Assembly: GCA_965603615.1 (NCBI GenBank)
Contig: CBFDDQ010000003.1
Location: forward strand, 1 to 32,692
Length of the DNA: 32,692 bases
Origin: Candidatus Woesearchaeota archaeon
GTDB taxonomy: Archaea; Nanobdellota; Nanobdellia; SCGC-AAA011-G17; JACPIM01
Direction: 5' to 3'
The position numbers and the translations under genes were made by a program. Shown here piece after piece: positions 27,115 through 32,692 of this stretch (position 1 is its first letter; every line of letters begins with the position of its first letter). The notes under the pieces were generated by a model. That model was not told where the DNA came from and searched no databases. It saw only the letters and a program-made list of their open reading frames with translations.

Positions 27115-28851
27115 TCATTCAAGAACAGCCTTTATCCTTCTAACACCAGCAGCAACACTTTCTTCTTTTATAATTTTAAACTTTCCAAGCTTCTTAGTAT
27201 TTTCAACATGAGGTCCAGCACAAATCTCCTTATCAAATTTACCAATAGAATAAACAGAAACCTTAGCACCATAACGACCGCCAAACACACCAACAAAACC
27301 TTTCTTCAAAGCTTCTGTAGTTTTCATCTCACCCCTCTCAACATCAATAGCTTTCTTAATCTCCAAATTAACCAAATTCTCAACCTTCTTAATCTCATCA
27401 TCACTCAACTTTTTGTCATGTGAAAAATCAAATCTCAATCTCTCAGATGTTATATTAGAACCTCTCTGGAAAACATGCTCACCCAAAACTTTTCTTAAAG
27501 CACCATGAAGTAAATGTGTAGCTGTATGTAATTTTGCAGTCTCAACAGAACCATCAACCAATCCTGACTTAAACCTTCCTTTCATACTTTCTCTACTTAA
27601 TTCCTGATGTCTCACATACTCTTTCTCATAGCCTTTCTCATCTACTTTTATTTTTTTCTCATTAGCTAACTCCTTAGTCATCTCCATTGGAAAACCATAA
27701 GAGCTGAATAAAATAAATGCATCCTTGCCAGAAATTTTCTTGTTTCTAGCTAACTTGTCAAACTGCTTCAAACCTTTTTCCAAAGTTCTCAAAAATTTAT
27801 CCTCTTCCTTATCTAACTCTTCCAAAATAATCCTCTTATTCTTAAATTTATATACATTAATTATAACATCAGCAACTTCAGAAACAAACTTTCCATCTAT
27901 GCCTAAAGCTCTCCCATATCTCACACTTCTTCTGATAAATCTCCTCAAAACATAACCCTGGTCAAGATTTGAAGGAACCAAACCCTCTTCCAAAATAAAG
28001 CAGGCAGCTCTCAAATGATCAGCAATTATCCTCTCAGCTTTTACATTTCCCTTGGTAGATATTTCCCTTATCTCCTCAATCACAGGTTCAAAGCTCTCAG
28101 TCTCAAAAACACTCTCTTTTCCCTGCAAAACAGCTGCAGTTCTCTCCACACCCATACCTGTATCCACATTTTTCTGCTTTAATTTAACATATTTTCCATT
28201 TTCAGTCTTATTATACTCCATGAAAACATCATTCCATATTTCAACCCATTTTTCATCCTTAACATTAAATTTTTCAGGTGTTTTTTTACCAACATAATAA
28301 AACATCTCAGTGCACGGACCGCAAGGACCAGTTTTTCCAGCAGGACCCCACCAGTTATTATTACTCTCTAAAACACCGCCTTTAAGAAAAATTATCCTTT
28401 CTTTTGGAATACCTAATTTCTCCCAAATCCCAGCTGATTCATCATCTTTTGGGATTTGTTTTACTTTATTATCACCGCCAAATACAGTAATCCCTAATCT
28501 CTCAATTGGTATTTCTAGAACTTTAACCAAAAACTCAAAACTCATCTCAATTGCTTCCTTCTTAAAATAATCACCCAATGACCAATTACCAAGCATCTCA
28601 AAAAAACTTAAATGAACATCATCACCAACCTCATCTATATCACCAGTTCTTATGCAGTTCTGAACATTTGCTAATCTTTTTCCAGAAGGATGTTTTTCAC
28701 CTAATAAAAAAGGAACCAATGGATGCATGCCAGCTGTAGTAAATAAAACACTAGGATCATTCTGTGGTATTAAAGAACTGCCAGGAATTATTTTATGCTT
28801 CTTCCTCTTAAAAAAATCTAAATATTTCTTCTTCAATTCCTCAGCTTTCAT
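27115..28851 (-). CDS. alaS: Alanine--tRNA ligase, short form lacking C-Ala
   Basis: DPSVLFTTAGM, FFEMLGNWS, GPCGPCTE, DTGMGVER, HTATH and CAGPH editing motifs, ends at GVRRIKAVLE. Confidence 0.96.
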   Translation of the reverse strand: MKAEELKKKYLDFFKRKKHKIIPGSSLIPQNDPSVLFTTAGMHPLVPFLLGEKHPSGKRLANVQNCIRTGDIDEVGDDVHLSFFEMLGNWSLGDYFKKEAIEMSFEFLVKVLEIPIERLGITVFGGDNKVKQIPKDDESAGIWEKLGIPKERIIFLKGGVLESNNNWWGPAGKTGPCGPCTEMFYYVGKKTPEKFNVKDEKWVEIWNDVFMEYNKTENGKYVKLKQKNVDTGMGVERTAAVLQGKESVFETESFEPVIEEIREISTKGNVKAERIIADHLRAACFILEEGLVPSNLDQGYVLRRFIRRSVRYGRALGIDGKFVSEVADVIINVYKFKNKRIILEELDKEEDKFLRTLEKGLKQFDKLARNKKISGKDAFILFSSYGFPMEMTKELANEKKIKVDEKGYEKEYVRHQELSRESMKGRFKSGLVDGSVETAKLHTATHLLHGALRKVLGEHVFQRGSNITSERLRFDFSHDKKLSDDEIKKVENLVNLEIKKAIDVERGEMKTTEALKKGFVGVFGGRYGAKVSVYSIGKFDKEICAGPHVENTKKLGKFKIIKEESVAAGVRRIKAVLE

Positions 28852-28882
28852 ATTAATAAAAACAGGAATATAGTTTATTAAT

Positions 28883-29545
28883 TTAACGGATTTTTTTACT
28901 TTTCCTAAATTTTTGAATTATATCAGATACATCACTTTCTTTCAAACCAAATTTTTTAGCTGCCTGTTTTAAAGGCTTAGTTATTTCTCTAAAGGTTTGA
29001 ATTAATTCTTTTATTTCTTTATGTATAATAAAAACCATTCCTTCATTAATATCTTCCAGCAACAATTTTATCTTACTCACAAACTCTCTAGCATTTTTCA
29101 TAACTTCATCTGTTTCTTTATAATTTATTGAAATCCCATACTGAACAGTCTCTCTGCTTCCTTTAATCTTCCATAAATAATCAATATATTTTTCTTCAAG
29201 TAATTCTAATTTATCCTTTTTATCTTTTAAATTATTAAATTTTTTCAATAAATCTTTATCTATTTGCTCTCCAAAAAAGTATTCTAAAATAGATGCTGTC
29301 GTAGCATGATCTTTGCTATCCAATCCTATTTTTGACAAAACTGCTAAAGTAGAATGATACATTGCATAATAAGCAACAATAACCACCCAATCCTCATGTC
29401 CTTTCTCACTAATATCTGTCATTACAACAAGATTATGATCAGCTTTCTTAATATGCCCACCACTTAAATTATTATTAGGATTAATTATTCTAAGTCTTCT
29501 TTTATTTCTCTTTAATGCTTTTAAAATTATATTCTTAGCTTTCAT
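28883..29545 (-). CDS. HEPN domain protein
   Basis: HIKKADHNL, AYYAMYH, GLDSKDH, RETVQY; overlaps the MNT gene. Confidence 0.82.
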   Translation of the reverse strand: MKAKNIILKALKRNKRRLRIINPNNNLSGGHIKKADHNLVVMTDISEKGHEDWVVIVAYYAMYHSTLAVLSKIGLDSKDHATTASILEYFFGEQIDKDLLKKFNNLKDKKDKLELLEEKYIDYLWKIKGSRETVQYGISINYKETDEVMKNAREFVSKIKLLLEDINEGMVFIIHKEIKELIQTFREITKPLKQAAKKFGLKESDVSDIIQKFRKSKKIR

Positions 29546-30137
29546 TTTTATACACAAATCCTACAAAGTTTTCAAAACCATCCAAAGTATAATGGTCTTT
29601 TATTATTTCTCTTATTATTGGTTTATCTTTTTGTTTTTTAAATTCTGATTCACTCATTAAAACAGGAACTATTTCCTTGCCATACTTAGCATAAATTTCT
29701 CTTACTAATTTAGTTATTTCTAACTTCTTCTTACATACAACTAAAATATCTATATCACTTTCTTTTGTTGCTACACCCTTAGCATAAGAACCAAAAACAA
29801 CAGCAAAAACTAAATTATTTTTAAAAATTAATTTTAACTTTTCTACAAAATTTTCTAAAATAAGTTTTATCTTTTTATCTTTTCCATAAAATTCTTCTTT
29901 TCTATTAACCTCATTTAAATGTATTAAAGCAATTGTTTTATTATTTTTTAAATTTAAAGAACAAAGAAAAGCATTTCCAACTTTCTTTGTTATTATAACA
30001 TCATCTTTTATTAATCTATTTACAATTCTATTTACAAAAGAATAAGTTTCATTCAGAGTTTTAGCTATTTGATTTATTGTAAACCCATTTTCTAGGTTTC
30101 TACACATCAAATCTATTACTTTTAACTCAAGTCTCAT
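29535..30137 (-). CDS. HTH + minimal nucleotidyltransferase (MNT) protein
   Basis: FTINQIAKTL HTH; FGSYAKG...SDIDILVV. Confidence 0.88.
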   Translation of the reverse strand: MRLELKVIDLMCRNLENGFTINQIAKTLNETYSFVNRIVNRLIKDDVIITKKVGNAFLCSLNLKNNKTIALIHLNEVNRKEEFYGKDKKIKLILENFVEKLKLIFKNNLVFAVVFGSYAKGVATKESDIDILVVCKKKLEITKLVREIYAKYGKEIVPVLMSESEFKKQKDKPIIREIIKDHYTLDGFENFVGFVYKNES

Positions 30138-30151
30138 TGTATCTCTTTTTG

Positions 30152-30178
30152 TGATAGTATTATCATTATTAGTGATAA
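30152..30178. promoter_or_regulatory. TGATA/TATCA inverted half-sites, putative MNT-HEPN operator
   Basis: TGATA-gtat-TATCA-ttattag-TGATAA between the minus-strand TATA (~30183-30190) and ATG 30137. Confidence 0.35.
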
Positions 30179-30239
30179 CTCCTATTTAAATGTTTCTATA
30201 ACAATCTTTAAAAATAAACATTAGTTTTATATAGCTTAA

Positions 30240-30340
30240 GGACCCGTAACTCAGTTTGGATAGAGTGCTAGACAATAAGGGCAAACCTTCTATCCTGCGA
30301 AGAGAGCTAGAAGTCGTCGGTTCAAATCCGATCGGGTCCG
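30240..30340 (+). tRNA. tRNA-Arg(TCT) with two introns: 30/31 (30272-30285) and 37/38 (30293-30304)
   Basis: GGACCCG/CGGGTCC; spliced anticodon arm CTAGC-CTTCTAA-GCTAG; BHB helices TGCT/GGCA and CTTC/GAAG; T arm GTCGG-TTCAAAT-CCGAT; T9 terminator follows. Confidence 0.85.
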
Positions 30341-30360
30341 CTTTTTTTTTAATATACTCT

Positions 30361-30419
30361 AATATATATTTTACAGTAAACTGGCACACTTGGCAGACAC
30401 CCACGCCAGATATATAAAG
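30361..30419 (+). repeat. Conserved 59-bp hairpin element upstream of LAGLIDADG gene 2 (copy 2)
   Basis: aatatatattttacagtaaactggcacacttggcagacacccacgccagatatataaag, 51/59 to the reverse complement of 13474-13532. Confidence 0.9.
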
Positions 30420-30441
30420 CAAATTTATCTTATTTTAATAT

Positions 30442-31242
30442 ATGAAAATAACTCCAGAATTAGCTGAATTGATAGGTCTAATAATTGGGGATGGACATAT
30501 TGCATATAATACTGATAAAAGAATTTATCGTTTAACTATTTCAGGGGATGTTAAAGAAGACAAAAAATATTTTAAAAAAATTTCAAATGTAATATTTAAA
30601 ATTACTAATAGAAGACCTAAGATAAGAAAAAGAAAAGTAATAGTAAGAGGAGTACATAAAGGAAACTCTTTGGTGTTATATATAGATTATAAAAAGTTCA
30701 TGGAGTATCTTATAAATAAATTAGAACTTACTTATGGTAGTGATAAAGCTTTTAAGGTAATAATCCCTAATAAATTTTTAAATTGGAACTATTCTAAATA
30801 CATATTAAAAGGGATATTTGAATCAGATGGGTCATTATATTTTTCAAAAAGCAAGGTAATAAAGTATCCTTCCTATCCAAGGTTAGAAATAAGAACTTCT
30901 AGTAGAAGATTAGCATATCAAATCTTTGAAATATTAAAGAAAAGAAATTATAGAATACAAATTATGAAGACTAAATATAATAACTTTAAAGTATATTTGA
31001 GTGGTGAAGAGATGTTAAATAAATGGATTAATGAAATAGGGTTTAGCAATATCAATACAATGACTAAACATAAATTATGGCAGAAATTAGGTTATTATAT
31101 ACCAAGAATCACAGCAAAACAAAGGCAAAAAGTTTTAAAAAGCAAAATTAATCCTTATTACTATAAAGGGTCCGTAGCACAATCCGGTAAATGCCCCCGC
31201 CTGCAGAGCGGGTTATCTGGGTTCAAAATAAGTTCACTTTAG
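30442..31242 (+). CDS. Free-standing double-motif LAGLIDADG endonuclease-like protein (266 aa)
   Basis: LAELIGLIIGDG and ILKGIFESDG motifs; ORF runs 75 nt into tRNA-Cys. Confidence 0.88.
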   Translation: MKITPELAELIGLIIGDGHIAYNTDKRIYRLTISGDVKEDKKYFKKISNVIFKITNRRPKIRKRKVIVRGVHKGNSLVLYIDYKKFMEYLINKLELTYGSDKAFKVIIPNKFLNWNYSKYILKGIFESDGSLYFSKSKVIKYPSYPRLEIRTSSRRLAYQIFEILKKRNYRIQIMKTKYNNFKVYLSGEEMLNKWINEIGFSNINTMTKHKLWQKLGYYIPRITAKQRQKVLKSKINPYYYKGSVAQSGKCPRLQSGLSGFKISSL

Positions 31243-31270
31243 TGGCTTTATGAAAGTCCCAGCGGGCCCT
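31168..31270 (+). tRNA. tRNA-Cys(GCA) with 29-nt intron in the T loop (59/60; 31228-31256)
   Basis: GGGTCCG/CGGGCCC-T (U73), CCCGC-CTGCAGA-GCGGG, CTGGG-TTCAAA|T-CCCAG, BHB helix TTCA/TGAA. Confidence 0.9.
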
Positions 31271-31272
31271 TT

Positions 31273-31731
31273 TTAATTATAACAAACTCCTGCAAATTTT
31301 ACCCATTCTAACCCCTCTTCAGAATCTAGATTATCATAACAAAAATAAATACCATCAAATCTCAAGCACAATCTATAAGAGTTTCTAAAATGTTTAATAC
31401 CTAAATCATTTAACCTTTTACTTATTTCATCTATATCTCTCTCTTTAAATTCTGTAGGGTCAGAATCTAAACCAAAACCTTGATTAATCTCATACAAAAC
31501 ATCTAATACAACTTCTGTAATCTCAGAATTATCAATCTCTTCAAATTGATAATGATAATCATATAGATTAAATCTCTCTCTTAACTCACTAAAAGAATTA
31601 TAATTTCCAGAAATTAATTTCAAATCCTCAGCAATTGATCCTTCTAATCCTTCAAGAGGTAAAACAGAACAAGGCATATTATTTCTATCTATTTCAGTTT
31701 CAAAAAGTAAAAGTTGTTTATATCTAACCAT
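31273..31731 (-). CDS. Hypothetical acidic protein
   Basis: ORF 31273-31779; ATG 31731 avoids overlap with the upstream gene. Confidence 0.6.
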   Translation of the reverse strand: MVRYKQLLLFETEIDRNNMPCSVLPLEGLEGSIAEDLKLISGNYNSFSELRERFNLYDYHYQFEEIDNSEITEVVLDVLYEINQGFGLDSDPTEFKERDIDEISKRLNDLGIKHFRNSYRLCLRFDGIYFCYDNLDSEEGLEWVKFAGVCYN

Positions 31732-31766
31732 CCAAAATAAAAAAGACAAAAACCTTTTAAATCTTT

Positions 31767-32276
31767 TTATTTCACACATTCAACAAAATAATTATTATTC
31801 TTAATAAACTTCTTAATCTTAAAACCAGTCTTCTCAATTAAATCTTTCAGCTCTTTCTCTTTAAAAAAATAATAATATCTTTTCTCTTTACCCCACTTCA
31901 CATACTTAATACCTTTACCTTTGCACCACACACTCAAAAATAATCTTCCCCTTTTCTTCAAAACTCTAAAAATCTCTCCCAAACATTTCTCCATGGAACC
32001 TTTCTTCAAATTATGCAGAACAGCAATTAATAAAACATTATCAAATTCTTCATCATCAAAAGGCAGCTCCTCACATTTAGCTTTGATAAACTCATTATCA
32101 CTTTTCTCTCTGGCTTTCTCAAGCAATCCCTCAGAAATATCAACACCAACTGCATTCTTCAATAATTTAGTAACATCACCATTACCGCACCCAACATCCA
32201 AAGTTCTCCCTTTAACAGTTTTAATAAAATCAAAAACTTCATCCCAAATTTTCCTTCTGTAATCAAAGACTACCAT
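31767..32276 (-). CDS. Class I SAM-dependent methyltransferase
   Basis: LDVGCGNG, GVDIS, LPFDDEEFD, AVLHNL, RVLKKRG. Confidence 0.9.
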   Translation of the reverse strand: MVVFDYRRKIWDEVFDFIKTVKGRTLDVGCGNGDVTKLLKNAVGVDISEGLLEKAREKSDNEFIKAKCEELPFDDEEFDNVLLIAVLHNLKKGSMEKCLGEIFRVLKKRGRLFLSVWCKGKGIKYVKWGKEKRYYYFFKEKELKDLIEKTGFKIKKFIKNNNYFVECVK

Positions 32277-32350
32277 AGATTAAATAATAAAAAATTAAAT
32301 ATAAATCTTTCCAAAAACAAATCAAATATTTATTCAAAGAGTTTTTGTAA

Positions 32351-32596
32351 CTAAAGCATCTCTAACTCTTCACTGCTTGTTGAAATAAAAAGTATACCTT
32401 CATAAAGAGCTTTATGAACATTTTTCCCGCCAACTTGAGGTGAATTAATAGATATAGGTGTTGCTTTTCTTGTATAAATTAGTTCCTTAAACATATCAAG
32501 GTTTACATATTGCTCACTATGTTCACCATGTATCTTAGCAGATATTCTTGCAGCATCAATAATTTTTTCTAATTCTTCATTCATTTTACTTTTCAA
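32351..32596 (-). CDS. Hypothetical protein (start may be ATG 32584)
   Basis: ~80-aa ORF with TTTATAAA upstream. Confidence 0.55.
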   Translation of the reverse strand: MKSKMNEELEKIIDAARISAKIHGEHSEQYVNLDMFKELIYTRKATPISINSPQVGGKNVHKALYEGILFISTSSEELEML

Positions 32597-32637
32597 AGAA
32601 ATTAATAGTTTATAAATTTAACTAATTAAAATCAAAT

Positions 32638-32692
32638 TGTGTAGCCTACTGACATATGTCACTAGCAGTTTTATATTTAAAACAGGTTCTTT
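32638..32692. mobile_element. Possible terminus of a second IS481-like element extending out of the window
   Basis: TGTGTAGCCTACTGACATATGTCAC: TGT end plus GACAT core reminiscent of IS481-family IRs; partner end not visible. Confidence 0.3.

Noticed and set aside
30286-30306. Reading the tRNA as Arg(GCG) from CCT-GCG-AA
   Set aside because: It does not rebuild a 5-bp anticodon stem; the TCT reading gives a perfect stem and two valid BHB-type motifs
30186-30422. 78-aa minus-strand ORF
   Set aside because: Antisense to the tRNA and conserved element; no protein features
1102-32262. Many antisense ORFs in the track (e.g. 1102-1494, 3942-4424, 9999-10322, 21317-21703, 25930-26274, 31921-32262)
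   Set aside because: They lie opposite well-supported genes and have shadow-like composition

Overview
AT-rich archaeal chromosome segment. Archaeal ProRS/AspRS/GatDE/TFE/FtsZ, BHB-intron tRNAs, TATA-box promoters and trimmed proteins point to a DPANN lineage such as Woesearchaeota/Pacearchaeota (inference). The backbone is translation genes (proS, gatCAB, non-discriminating aspS, gatDE, short alaS, three tRNAs with four introns), a peptide-scavenging run (amino-acid permease, ADP-forming acyl-CoA synthetase alpha, M29 and M16 peptidases), ftsZ, a site-2 protease and TFE. Accessory content includes a complete IS481-family element, a NYN RNase, XRE/ImmA + DUF4411-like PIN and MNT-HEPN modules, and a ThiF/E1-like gene with an unannotated 58-aa Cys-containing ORF upstream. 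The strongest signal is two divergent free-standing LAGLIDADG genes ~17 kb apart. Each is preceded by the same 59-bp hairpin-forming non-coding element (51/59 identical, ungapped), and each reads into the 5' end of an essential host gene (gatA; tRNA-Cys) whose apparent promoter it contains. This looks like an undescribed family of intron-less endonuclease cassettes.
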